A model generated the notes under the pieces. The model was not told the origin of the DNA and searched no databases. It was given only the letters and a program-made list of their open reading frames with translations. DNA of 33,565 nt. It comes from an uncultured Ktedonobacteraceae bacterium. Lineage in GTDB: Bacteria > Chloroflexota > Ktedonobacteria > Ktedonobacterales > Ktedonobacteraceae. Every line of letters starts with the position of its first letter. Within the stretch, counting starts at the first letter, position 1. The position numbers and the translations under genes were made by a program. The DNA is taken from assembly GCA_955652655.1 (NCBI GenBank), contig CATPCK010000675.1, positions 1 through 33,565 on the forward strand, read 5' to 3'. Shown here piece by piece: positions 16,641 through 25,499 of the stretch.

Positions 16641-19556
16641 TTGGCAATTTTGAGGATGTACGATATACATATGAGTAATGACTTTTGGAATCAGCATCAT
16701 CTGAATGGCAAGCAGCCCTCTCAAAATAACGAGGCTCCCCGATCAGGGGGCATGTTACGTGACTATCTACAACAGCAACACCAGCAGGGACAGGGATTCC
16801 AGCAGTATTCTCCTCTTTCGACGCCTCCTACATATACACAGGGGCCGCCACCATCTTCTCCTTTGCCACCACCGTCTGGACAACTACACTATAACGGGCA
16901 GATGCCCAGTCAACAAGGATGGCCCGCGCCACAAAGCTGGCCAACAGCGAACAACACAAAACACCAGGGTCAAGGATGGGTCGCCAACACGATGCAGACG
17001 GTACGCCGCTGGTCTGGCCGTTTCTCGGCGGTCCCTCCTCCTGTCGACCAGAACCCATTAGTACTCTTTCGCCCCGGCAGTCCGTTACGGCAAGAATTGC
17101 CAAAGTCAAAACCATGGAAAAGGTCGCGTTCCATGCGCGTTTCGATGATGATGAAGCATCGCCGCGTGCGCTGGCAGCAGCGTCGCCCCAAGCTCCAGGC
17201 CATCGCCAATGGCATATTGATCGCTTTCTTGCTCTTGCTGGTCATCAGCGCCTCGGCCGGCAGTGCCTTTGCCTATAAGTACTACCAGGACCAGTTGCCG
17301 CGCCTGCAGGGCCTGGCTAACCAGCAAATTTCACAAACATCGCGTATCTACGATCGTAATGGCACCCTGCTCTATGAGGCATATGACAATAGTCATATTG
17401 GTGGTGGACGGCGTACACCCGTCTCCTATACCTATTTACCGCAGATCTTGAAAGATGCGCAGACCTCTGCTGAGGATCCTACCTTCTGGACAAATTCTGG
17501 TATTGATCCTCAAGCTATCCTTCGCGCCGGTGGCCAATACCTGCAGGCAGGGGGTGTGGTCAGTGGTGCCAGCACCATAACGCAACAATTGATCAAAAAT
17601 ATGACAAATGATACAGCGCAGACACTCAACCGTAAAGTTTCGGAGGCCACGCTGGCCATTGGCATGACCCAACAATATTCCAAGGAGAAAATCCTTGAGA
17701 TGTATTTCAACGTCTCCCCCTTTGGCGCGCAGAATCTTGGTGTCGAGGCCGCTGTAGAAGACTATTTCCATCTCAGCCCGCAATGTGACAAGAATTTCGA
17801 ATGTGTTCCTGGTGTCTACTACCTCAACTGCGATGCAACCCACGAATCACAGTGCAATCCAGAGCAATGTGACAACTCCAGGTATTGCGATCCAATGCTG
17901 GGACTCGCGCGTGCTTCCCTGCTGGCTGGTATGCCTCAGGACCCGCCAGCCTATGACCCGACCCTTGGCCTCGTCGATCCAGCCACGGGCCAGAAATATT
18001 ACCTGGAACGCCAGCAATATGTCCTCGACCAGATGCTGCGATGGAATGTAAACATCCAGAGATTGGGGACAATCAACCAGGATATGGTGAACCATGTTGA
18101 GGCCATGACGGCAAAAATGAAGTTCCCGCGCTACACCCATCCCTACTATCATGGCTGCCAACATTTTGTCAACTGGGTTATCTCTCAACTCACACAGCAA
18201 CTGGGCGAAGCCTTCTTCACTGGCGGCTTCAATATCTACACCACCATCGATTACAAACTGGAAGCCTATGTCGAACAATCTGTGCGTCATCACCTGCGTG
18301 ACCCCGGATTCCACTGGTTCCTCCCTAACCAACTGCCGCTCAATACCGGCTACAATATCAACAACTCCGCGGTCGTTGTCATGAGTGCAAAAACAGGCGA
18401 AGTGCTGGCAATGGATGGGAGCGCGGACTATAACTCTAGCAATCCTAAAATTAAAGGCAATTTCAATTCTGCCGTTGATGCCTACCGCCAGCCGGGCTCA
18501 TCCTTCAAGCCAATTGTGTATGCAACGGCGTTCCAGCAAGGTTGGTATCCTGGAATTGTCCTACCAGACACGAAAACCTATTTTCCAGAAGGGGCTTCTG
18601 GAGTGCCAGCCAAATGCTTTCCCGCCGGCACGCTTTACTGTCCAAAAGATTACGGCGGGCGCTATAACAATGTGGTCTTTCCCATCAGGAAAGATCTCGC
18701 CAATTCATTGAATGTTCCTGCCGTCAAAACGCTTGAGTTTGCCGGACTTGATAACGTCGTGAATATGGCAAGACGATTTGGTATTACCGCCATCGACAAG
18801 GACATGGCCGACTATAATGCCACTTATCATACTCATGTGACCGTAGCGCAACATTATGGACTCTCCTCGGCACTCGGTACCGTCGAGGTTCCTTTGATCC
18901 AGATGATGGGCGCCTACCAGGTACTTGCCGACCAGGGGAAACGCGTCTCTCCGCAAAGCATCCTGGATATCTGGGATAATTACGGACATCACCTTTATCA
19001 CTATGACACTGCCCACCCCCACGCTATCCAGGTCCTCAGTCCCCAGATTACCTATATATTGACCAGCGTTCTTGCAGACGAAGCATCCCGTGCCTTCGAG
19101 TTCCTGAACGACCACGAACTTTCAATGTGGGACTGGCAAGCGGTCGATGGACAGAAACACGACGTCGCGGCAAAAACCGGAACGACAGAGAACTTCAAAG
19201 ACAACTGGACCATGGGCTATACACCCGATGTCGTGGTGGGAGTATGGTCGGGCAATGCAGACGGAAGTCCATTCAACCAGGGGGTAGTTGGTATCACTGG
19301 AGCTGCTCCTATCTGGCATGATGTCATTGAACATGTCAGTGGCAGGTGTGACTCAAGTTTCAACCATCCCTGTTTCAATTACCATTTCACCGAGCGTACA
19401 TTCACCCAGCCTCCAGGTGTGGTAAATGCCTGCGTCTCATCAGCGAACGGCCTGGCGGGCAACGGGAACTGTGACTGGATGCTTGATGGCGAGCAACCGA
19501 AAAGCTTCGGTTTAACCAACCCTAACAACTATCAAAATCAGCCAACGACGCCGTAA
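16641..19556 (+). CDS. Class A penicillin-binding protein (GT51 transglycosylase + transpeptidase) with a ~190-aa Q/P-rich N-terminal cytoplasmic extension
   Basis: GT51 motifs: EDPTFWTNSGID, GASTITQQLIKN, RKVSEATLA. Transpeptidase motifs: SSFKP (SxxK), SLN (SxN), KTGTT (KTG). TM helix ILIAFLLLLVISASAG. The start is uncertain among the TTG at 16641 and the ATGs at 16656 and 16671. Confidence 0.88.
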   Translation: MAILRMYDIHMSNDFWNQHHLNGKQPSQNNEAPRSGGMLRDYLQQQHQQGQGFQQYSPLSTPPTYTQGPPPSSPLPPPSGQLHYNGQMPSQQGWPAPQSWPTANNTKHQGQGWVANTMQTVRRWSGRFSAVPPPVDQNPLVLFRPGSPLRQELPKSKPWKRSRSMRVSMMMKHRRVRWQQRRPKLQAIANGILIAFLLLLVISASAGSAFAYKYYQDQLPRLQGLANQQISQTSRIYDRNGTLLYEAYDNSHIGGGRRTPVSYTYLPQILKDAQTSAEDPTFWTNSGIDPQAILRAGGQYLQAGGVVSGASTITQQLIKNMTNDTAQTLNRKVSEATLAIGMTQQYSKEKILEMYFNVSPFGAQNLGVEAAVEDYFHLSPQCDKNFECVPGVYYLNCDATHESQCNPEQCDNSRYCDPMLGLARASLLAGMPQDPPAYDPTLGLVDPATGQKYYLERQQYVLDQMLRWNVNIQRLGTINQDMVNHVEAMTAKMKFPRYTHPYYHGCQHFVNWVISQLTQQLGEAFFTGGFNIYTTIDYKLEAYVEQSVRHHLRDPGFHWFLPNQLPLNTGYNINNSAVVVMSAKTGEVLAMDGSADYNSSNPKIKGNFNSAVDAYRQPGSSFKPIVYATAFQQGWYPGIVLPDTKTYFPEGASGVPAKCFPAGTLYCPKDYGGRYNNVVFPIRKDLANSLNVPAVKTLEFAGLDNVVNMARRFGITAIDKDMADYNATYHTHVTVAQHYGLSSALGTVEVPLIQMMGAYQVLADQGKRVSPQSILDIWDNYGHHLYHYDTAHPHAIQVLSPQITYILTSVLADEASRAFEFLNDHELSMWDWQAVDGQKHDVAAKTGTTENFKDNWTMGYTPDVVVGVWSGNADGSPFNQGVVGITGAAPIWHDVIEHVSGRCDSSFNHPCFNYHFTERTFTQPPGVVNACVSSANGLAGNGNCDWMLDGEQPKSFGLTNPNNYQNQPTTP

Positions 19557-19594
19557 GGCAAGTATAGCGAAGCATGTTTTCCCAATTGTTCCCC

Positions 19595-19624
19595 TTGACA
19601 ATCATCCTCATCGAGTGCTATTCT
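19595..19624 (+). promoter_or_regulatory. Probable hrcA-dnaK promoter
   Basis: TTGACA at 19595..19600, an 18-nt spacer, and TATTCT at 19619..19624. It is immediately followed by the inverted repeat listed next. Confidence 0.5.
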
Positions 19625-19627
19625 GTA

Positions 19628-19654
19628 TTTGCAGTCTCATGACGAGACTGCTAG
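19628..19654. promoter_or_regulatory. CIRCE-like inverted repeat (candidate HrcA operator variant)
   Basis: TTTGCAGTC-N9-GACTGCTAG matches the CIRCE consensus TTAGCACTC-N9-GAGTGCTAA at 14 of 18 positions, with the canonical 9-nt spacer. The perfect core is GCAGTCTC (19631..19638) and GAGACTGC (19644..19651). It sits 4 nt after the putative -10 and 75 nt before the hrcA ATG. Confidence 0.6.
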
Positions 19655-19729
19655 CAATCATACTTGACAAAGGTTGTATCATGCCAACAACGAAGGAATT
19701 TCTGTTGGGAAGAGTGCACGAGTAAACAC

Positions 19730-20782
19730 ATGACACCACTGAGCCAACGCAAACAGCAGATTCTGCGTGCGCTTGTTGAGGAGTATATCTATACGGTCAC
19801 CCCAGTTGCATCAGAGACACTGGTACGGAAGTACAGGCTCAGTTTTAGTTCCGCGACCGTTCGTCATGAATTGGCCGGGCTAGAAGAGGCCGGATTGATC
19901 TATCAACCGCATACATCTGCCGGGCGTGTGCCTACGGATTTAGGGTACCGCTACTTTGTAGAGCACCTTATGCAAGAATCGACACTTTCCCTGGATGAGC
20001 AGCGTTTGATCCGCCACCAGTTCTACCAGGTGCAGGACCAGCTCGATCAATGGGTGCGCCTGACAGCTTCAGTGATGGCTCGTTTACTTCACAGCGCGGC
20101 GGTAATGACGCCCCCGCGTTCCACCCAGGGACAACTTAAGCACTTCGAGATACTCTCAGTCACCGAGCTATCGGCACACCTGGTTCTGGTGCTCATGGAT
20201 GGATCAGTAAAGCAGCAGCGGTTGCTTCTAGAGGCCCCTTATCACCAGGAAGAACTGAGCGCTGTCGCTGCCCATTTGAACGAACTCTTCCAAAATAAAA
20301 GTGCGGCAGAGGTCGACAAGATGTTACAACAGCAAGACCTTTCACCGGTTGAGCACCTGGTGGGAAGCACCATTGCTCATATCCTGGAGCAGCATGGTGA
20401 TCCACTGGGCGATGTGTTCTATCGTGAAGGCGTCGTCAATATCCTGGAACAGCCAGAGTACAGCCGCATGGGACCGGAAGAGGAACGTAACGAACGTGTA
20501 CGCAAGGTTATGGAGGTGCTGGAGCAGAATCGCTTTTTACCTGCCCTGGCCTCGCAATTGCGACAGTCGGATGGCGTACAGGTAATTATTGGTGGCGAGA
20601 ATGAGTGGGATGAGATGAAGGATGTCAGCATGGTGGTAGCTCGCTACGGCCAGGAGGGCGGAATAGGCGGATTGCTGGGAGTAGTTGGACCCACACGCAT
20701 GCAGTATAGCCGTGCCATTGCGGTGGTACGCTATATGACGCAGGTGATGAATGAGCTGCTGGCAGAAGTCTATGGCTATTAA
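19730..20782 (+). CDS. hrcA: Heat-inducible transcriptional repressor HrcA
   Basis: The N-terminal winged helix LSQRKQQILRALVEEYIYTVTPVASETL...SSATVRHELAGLEEAGLIYQPHTSAGRVPTDLGYRYFV is classic HrcA. I place the start at the ATG at 19730; the track ORF extends upstream to a TTG at 19664. Confidence 0.92.
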   Translation: MTPLSQRKQQILRALVEEYIYTVTPVASETLVRKYRLSFSSATVRHELAGLEEAGLIYQPHTSAGRVPTDLGYRYFVEHLMQESTLSLDEQRLIRHQFYQVQDQLDQWVRLTASVMARLLHSAAVMTPPRSTQGQLKHFEILSVTELSAHLVLVLMDGSVKQQRLLLEAPYHQEELSAVAAHLNELFQNKSAAEVDKMLQQQDLSPVEHLVGSTIAHILEQHGDPLGDVFYREGVVNILEQPEYSRMGPEEERNERVRKVMEVLEQNRFLPALASQLRQSDGVQVIIGGENEWDEMKDVSMVVARYGQEGGIGGLLGVVGPTRMQYSRAIAVVRYMTQVMNELLAEVYGY

Positions 20783-20827
20783 AGTATACAGCAACTAATG
20801 AATAAAGTACATGTATAGGAGGCAACT

Positions 20828-22741
20828 GTGCCAAAAGTTATTGGAATCGATCTAGGAACAACAAACTCGTGTGTTGCCGTCATGGAAGCCGGAGAGGCCG
20901 TCGTTATACCGAACGCGGAAGGAGCACGCACAACACCTTCGATTGTGGCTATCAACAAGAGCGGTGAGCGTCTCGTCGGTGAGGTTGCCAAACGCCAGGC
21001 CATCACTAATCCTGAAAATACGGTCTACTCCATCAAACGCTTTATGGGACGAAAGTATGAAGATCCTGAGGTAGATCGTGATAAGCGCCTGGTGCCGTAT
21101 AAGGTTGTAAGAGCTTCCAACGGTGATGCCTGGGTAGAGGTCCAGGGGAAAGCATACAGCCCGCCAGAAATTTCTGCGATGATCTTGCAGAAGCTCAAGG
21201 CCGACTCCGAAGCTTACCTGGGCGAGCGCGTCACGCAGGCCGTGATTACCGTTCCTGCATACTTTAACGATGCCCAGCGCCAGGCAACGAGGGACTCAGG
21301 TCGCATTGCCGGGCTTGACGTATTGCGTATCATCAACGAACCGACGGCTGCATCCCTGGCCTATGGCCTTGATAAGAAAAAAGATGAGCGTATTGCCGTC
21401 TATGACCTTGGTGGTGGTACCTTTGATATATCGATCCTTGAACTGGGTGATGGCGTCTTTGAGGTCAAGAGCACCAATGGTGATACTCACCTGGGCGGCG
21501 ACGACTTCGACCTGCGCATTATCACCTGGATGGCTGACGAGTTCCGCAAGGAGCAGGGCATTGACCTGCGCCAGGACCGTATGGCTCTCCAGCGTTTGAA
21601 AGAAGCTGCCGAAAAGGCGAAGAAAGAGCTGTCCAGCTCGATGCAGACAGAGATCAATCTGCCGTTTATCACAGCGGACGCCAGCGGTCCAAAGCATCTC
21701 ACCATGACGCTGACGCGCTCCAAGCTGGAGCAGCTAGTAGAAGATCTGATTGAGAAATCGCGTGGCCCGGTTATGAAGGCGCTTTCAGATGCCAGTGTAC
21801 GTCCTGGCGATGTCAACGAGGTGGTACTCGTCGGCGGTCAGACTCGTATGCCAGCTGTGCAAACTATGGTACGGCGCATCTTTGATCGCGAGCCCAACCG
21901 AGGTGTAAACCCTGACGAGGTTGTAGCGATTGGTGCCGGTATCCAGGCAGGCGTCTTGACAGGTGATGTCAAAGATGTGCTCCTCCTGGACGTCACTCCG
22001 CTCTCCCTGGGTATCGAGACACTCGGCGGTGTCTTTACTCGCTTGATCGAGCGCAACTCTACTATCCCGATACAAAAGAGCCAGGTCTTCTCAACGGCCA
22101 GTGATAATCAGCCCAGTGTAGAGATCAATGTCTTACAGGGTGAACGTGAGTTTGCCAAGGACAACCGCTCTCTTGGTAGCTTTATTCTCGATGGTATTCC
22201 ACCCGCTCCGCGTGGTGTACCGCAGGTTGAGGTCATGTTCGATATCGACGTCAATGGTATCGTGAACGTGTCCGCGAAGGACAAAGGTACGGGACGTGAG
22301 CAAAAGATTACCATCGTTGCCTCAAGTGGTCTGTCCAAAGACCAGATCGACCGTATGGTGAAGGACGCCGAGTCTCATGCAGCCGAAGACAAGCGCCGTA
22401 AGGAAGAGGTTGAGGAGCGCAACCTGGCGGATAGTGCCGCCTATCGTTCGGAGAAGAGCATCGCTGACCTGGGTGACAAGATCACCCCAGAGCAGAAGAG
22501 CGAGCTTGAGACCAAGATAGCGGATGTACGCGCCGCCCTTTCAACCGATGACGTTGCGCGCATCAAGTCATCTCGCGAGGCTCTTGAGCAGGCTTTCTAC
22601 AAAGTCACCGAGTCGATCTATCGCCCGGGTGCAGGTGAAGCCACCGATGGCGCTAACCCCGATTTCGGCGGTGGTACGGGACAGCCTGAGCAGGAAAGCC
22701 CACACGATGATACTATCGAGGGTGAATACAAAGAAATGTAG
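20828..22741 (+). CDS. dnaK: Molecular chaperone DnaK (Hsp70)
   Basis: [28 protein letters not shown] and a C-terminal lid. GTG start at 20828 follows GGAGG. Confidence 0.97.
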   Translation: MPKVIGIDLGTTNSCVAVMEAGEAVVIPNAEGARTTPSIVAINKSGERLVGEVAKRQAITNPENTVYSIKRFMGRKYEDPEVDRDKRLVPYKVVRASNGDAWVEVQGKAYSPPEISAMILQKLKADSEAYLGERVTQAVITVPAYFNDAQRQATRDSGRIAGLDVLRIINEPTAASLAYGLDKKKDERIAVYDLGGGTFDISILELGDGVFEVKSTNGDTHLGGDDFDLRIITWMADEFRKEQGIDLRQDRMALQRLKEAAEKAKKELSSSMQTEINLPFITADASGPKHLTMTLTRSKLEQLVEDLIEKSRGPVMKALSDASVRPGDVNEVVLVGGQTRMPAVQTMVRRIFDREPNRGVNPDEVVAIGAGIQAGVLTGDVKDVLLLDVTPLSLGIETLGGVFTRLIERNSTIPIQKSQVFSTASDNQPSVEINVLQGEREFAKDNRSLGSFILDGIPPAPRGVPQVEVMFDIDVNGIVNVSAKDKGTGREQKITIVASSGLSKDQIDRMVKDAESHAAEDKRRKEEVEERNLADSAAYRSEKSIADLGDKITPEQKSELETKIADVRAALSTDDVARIKSSREALEQAFYKVTESIYRPGAGEATDGANPDFGGGTGQPEQESPHDDTIEGEYKEM

Positions 22742-22747
22742 CTATCC

Positions 22748-22783
22748 CTTCTGGGTACTCGTCTGAAGATGAGTACCCAGAAG
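22748..22783 (+). terminator. Perfect 13-bp hairpin directly after dnaK (terminator/attenuator candidate)
   Basis: CTTCTGGGTACTC at 22748..22760 pairs with GAGTACCCAGAAG at 22771..22783 across a 10-nt loop. It starts 7 nt after the dnaK stop and is followed by TATATCTCT. Confidence 0.55.
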
Positions 22784-22882
22784 TATATCTCTGCTATAAG
22801 GCTAACGCTTGCAGAGTTCTTTGGGACGTCCGTCTCCGACCGGGTATGGAGTGTCCCACATAGGCGCGGACTTAAGGAGCCA

Positions 22883-22974
22883 GGGCGACCGCAAGGGTCG
22901 CCCCTACCATACGACGAATCGCCTGGCCAGGCCCGTGGAGAGTAGGGGCGACCCTTGTGGGGGATATCCCCACA
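22883..22974. repeat. GC-rich nested palindromic element (REP/MITE-like) in the dnaK-dnaJ spacer
   Basis: Four parts. (1) Local hairpin GGGCGACC/GGTCGCCC at 22883..22903. (2) A 16-nt perfect inverted repeat, CAAGGGTCGCCCCTAC at 22892..22907 with GTAGGGGCGACCCTTG at 22942..22957. (3) A central 12-nt perfect palindrome GCCTGGCCAGGC at 22921..22932. (4) Hairpin TGTGGGG/CCCCACA at 22956..22974. Spurious ORFs on both strands read GDRKGRPYH and VGATLAVALAP. Confidence 0.65.
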
Positions 22975-23158
22975 TTCACCTTCTCTCCCGCGCCGCCTCT
23001 GGCAGCGCGCGAAACAGGAAGGACGGATGCCTTCTTGGCTATACTCTTGCATATACTAGTGGAACATTGTAACATCTTATGAAGCATAGTAAAATAGCAT
23101 TGAATGCGGCAGCGCGGAACCAAACGCGCCCTGTCTTCTCACGGTAAAGGACCAGTCG

Positions 23159-24301
23159 ATGGCCACTAATAAACGAGATTATTATGAGGTATTAGGTGTA
23201 TCACGGAGCGCAAGCGACGAAGAGTTGAAAAAGGCTTATCGCCGCCTTGCGAAACAGTACCACCCTGATGCCAATAAAGATCAGGGAGCGGAAGCCCGTT
23301 TTATTGAAGTAAATGAAGCCTATGAAATCCTGAGTGACTCACAGAAGCGGGCTACTTATGATCGCTTTGGACATGCCGGCCTCAATAACGGCATGGGTGG
23401 CGCAGGCGCTTATGACTTCGGCGGGTTTAGCAGTATCAATGACATCTTTGAGACGTTCTTTGCTGGAGCAGGCGCGAGTACTCAGCGTCGCACGGGGACG
23501 CAGCGCGGTGCTGACCTTCGTTATGACCTGACTATTACCTTTGAGGAAGCCGTCTTTGGTTGCCAGAAGGAGATAGAGCTTCCGCGCTGGGAGGCCTGTA
23601 CCGCCTGCCGCGGTAGTGGAGCCCAGCCGGGTACCTCCACATCTCGCTGTTCAGCATGTCAGGGTACTGGTGAGATACGCCGTGTACAACAGTCCATTTT
23701 TGGTCAGTTCGTCAACGTCTCGATGTGTGAACGCTGTCGAGGTGAGGGACGCGTTATTACCACCCCTTGTGAAAAATGCCGTGGCCAGGGCCGCGTGCGG
23801 AACAATCGTCGCGTGGTAGTGAATATCCCCGCTGGTGTAGATGATGGCATTAATGTGCGTGTTACGGGCGAAGGTGAAGTCAGTGCCCGTGGTGGCACTC
23901 CTGGTAACCTGTATGTTATTCTCACGGTAAAACCTCACCAGTTCTTCAAGCGGCAAGGCAACGACATCCTGTATGAATTGCCGATCAGTTTTACTCAAGC
24001 AGCCCTCGGGGACGAGGTTGAAGTGCCTACAGTGGACGGCAAGGCTACGAATCTCAAGATTCCTGCCGGTACACAAAGTAATCGCTCGTTCCGCCTCAAG
24101 GGGATGGGAGTACCTGTAGTACACAGCAGCGCTCGTGGCGATCAACACGTCATCGTCAAAGTGGTAACGCCAACCAGCTTGACCGCCGAACAGAAACGTT
24201 TGCTCGAGGAGTTTGCCCGCCTTGAACGCGAACAAAGCGAGCAGAACGACAAGAACATCTTCCGTAACCTGTTTGAGAAAACAAAAGATGTTTTCCAATA
24301 A
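23159..24301 (+). CDS. dnaJ: Molecular chaperone DnaJ (Hsp40, type I)
   Basis: J domain with HPD (YHPDANKD), a G/F-rich region, four CxxCxGxG zinc-finger repeats ([32 protein letters not shown]), and a C-terminal substrate-binding domain. Confidence 0.96.
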   Translation: MATNKRDYYEVLGVSRSASDEELKKAYRRLAKQYHPDANKDQGAEARFIEVNEAYEILSDSQKRATYDRFGHAGLNNGMGGAGAYDFGGFSSINDIFETFFAGAGASTQRRTGTQRGADLRYDLTITFEEAVFGCQKEIELPRWEACTACRGSGAQPGTSTSRCSACQGTGEIRRVQQSIFGQFVNVSMCERCRGEGRVITTPCEKCRGQGRVRNNRRVVVNIPAGVDDGINVRVTGEGEVSARGGTPGNLYVILTVKPHQFFKRQGNDILYELPISFTQAALGDEVEVPTVDGKATNLKIPAGTQSNRSFRLKGMGVPVVHSSARGDQHVIVKVVTPTSLTAEQKRLLEEFARLEREQSEQNDKNIFRNLFEKTKDVFQ

Positions 24302-24302
24302 A

Positions 24303-24339
24303 AACAGGAGGGAGAAGTCTGAAACTTCTCCCTCCTGTT
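24303..24339. terminator. Bidirectional intrinsic terminator between the convergent dnaJ and EEP genes
   Basis: AACAGGAGGGAGAAGT at 24303..24318 pairs perfectly with ACTTCTCCCTCCTGTT at 24324..24339 (16 bp, 5-nt loop). A T-run at 24347..24358 follows on the plus strand. Confidence 0.8.
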
Positions 24340-24356
24340 CTACTTGTTTCTTTTTT

Positions 24357-25328
24357 TTATATTCTGGCTTCTTCCACATTCTCATTCTGAAGAACCGTTT
24401 TCTCTCCAACCATTCCTCCAAATTCAGCAACAACAGGTAGATGATCGCTTGCCTCTTCCCCGCGTACACCCTCGCCTTCAGCAGGAATGGAGCAAGTTGA
24501 GAGGCTCTGCGCTAACTCAGGACTGGCAAAGATGTAATCGATACGGCCAGCAGGCGCGGCAGATGGACAGGTAAAGCCATCACTATGTGGGTTTTTCAGA
24601 CGGAAACAATCAACGTAGCCAGCACCGCGCAACAAGCTAATACATCCTCTAGGAGCATACAGGGATGCCGCACAGTCAAAGAGTGTACAGAGTAACTTGT
24701 TACCTGGAATAGTTCGCAGCAATGGATTCAAGAAGCGTAATGGCCGTGGTACCACGAAATCCAGGTGGGGTTGCCCTGTCAGTGCGGTAGGGTTCAGAAG
24801 GCGACGTCGATCTAACTGTACAATATGACGTAAAAGAGCACTGGCTTTGAATGCATCGCCAGGTGCAAGCGAATTGAAATCCCCCATGATGAGATGTGGC
24901 GTTCCCCTCTTTGCCGCCATGATACGAATAAGATCCTGCACCTCGTGGCGCCGGATGGCATCACCTGCCCGGCTTTTAGTGAAGGCCGCCGACAGGTGCG
25001 TCACAAAAACGGTCAGTTGTCTGCCATCCGGCTCTTCTACACCAACTTCTAAAACTGGCTTTGTGAGTTTATCAGAGGGGAAATGCGTCTTTGTATACAC
25101 AATTGGTAGGCGACTCAGCAGCGCTATCTGCCAGTCGTGTGGATGTGTGGCATACGCGCTCATCACAGGCTGCATATCCAGGCGTCGCGCCAGTTCCTCG
25201 ACCACGCGAGGATTGTTGGCCTCGACCAACCCAACGATGTCCGGCTGTGCTGCCTGAATCATATGTGTCAATGGATCAACGCGGCGGGTGGCACCCACCA
25301 GGATGTTATAGGAGAGTATACGCGTCAT
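24357..25328 (-). CDS. Endonuclease/exonuclease/phosphatase (EEP) family protein
   Basis: ILSYNILVG, IVGLVEAN, MGDFNS and a C-terminal ASDHLPVVAEF are EEP-fold catalytic blocks. 323 aa. Substrate unknown. Confidence 0.85.
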   Translation of the reverse strand: MTRILSYNILVGATRRVDPLTHMIQAAQPDIVGLVEANNPRVVEELARRLDMQPVMSAYATHPHDWQIALLSRLPIVYTKTHFPSDKLTKPVLEVGVEEPDGRQLTVFVTHLSAAFTKSRAGDAIRRHEVQDLIRIMAAKRGTPHLIMGDFNSLAPGDAFKASALLRHIVQLDRRRLLNPTALTGQPHLDFVVPRPLRFLNPLLRTIPGNKLLCTLFDCAASLYAPRGCISLLRGAGYVDCFRLKNPHSDGFTCPSAAPAGRIDYIFASPELAQSLSTCSIPAEGEGVRGEEASDHLPVVAEFGGMVGEKTVLQNENVEEARI

Positions 25329-25430
25329 CAGTGAAAAGTATCCTTCTGTTTAGAGTCCGTTTTTCATTATATCTATATAATAGACGAAGACACCACAACA
25401 AAAGACACGCTAACGGCGTAGAGCAGCCCT

Positions 25431-25489
25431 GTTGCCAAACGGAGAAGGAGCCTGCAAGTGGCGTACAGGCTCCTTCTCCGTTTGGCAAC
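25431..25489. terminator. Perfect 24-bp hairpin downstream of glyQS (terminator candidate or palindromic repeat)
   Basis: GTTGCCAAACGGAGAAGGAGCCTG at 25431..25454 pairs perfectly with CAGGCTCCTTCTCCGTTTGGCAAC at 25466..25489 across an 11-nt loop. It starts 11 nt after the glyQS stop. There is no clear U-tract on the minus strand. It generates mirror-image spurious ORFs that both begin MPNGEGAC. Confidence 0.6.
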
Positions 25490-25499
25490 AGAGTTTTAG

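Noticed and set aside
16705-17327. Several overlapping 70-120-aa ORFs in alternative frames across the PBP N-terminal region
   Set aside because: They arise from the compositionally biased (CAG/CCN-rich) DNA that encodes the Q/P-rich tail. The PBP frame is continuous with the GT51 domain and explains the region.
19613-19620. GAGTGCTA, an 8/9 match to the right half of canonical CIRCE, upstream of hrcA
   Set aside because: No TTAGCACTC-like partner lies 9 nt upstream; the sequence there is ATCATCCTC. It lies in the promoter spacer, so it is probably a chance half-site. The full dyad at 19628..19654 is the better operator candidate.
22618-23123. Three ORFs (144, 87 and 83 aa) spanning the dnaK-dnaJ spacer
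   Set aside because: Their sequences (GDRKGRPYH, VGATLAVALAP, Pro/Gly/Arg-rich) are read-throughs of the GC-rich palindromic element on both strands. They have no RBS, and mirror-image coding on both strands indicates a structural DNA/RNA element rather than genes.
23651-24469. 272-aa ORF antisense to dnaJ
   Set aside because: It lies entirely within or opposite a confidently identified dnaJ frame. It has a low-complexity, non-homologous translation typical of an antisense shadow ORF.
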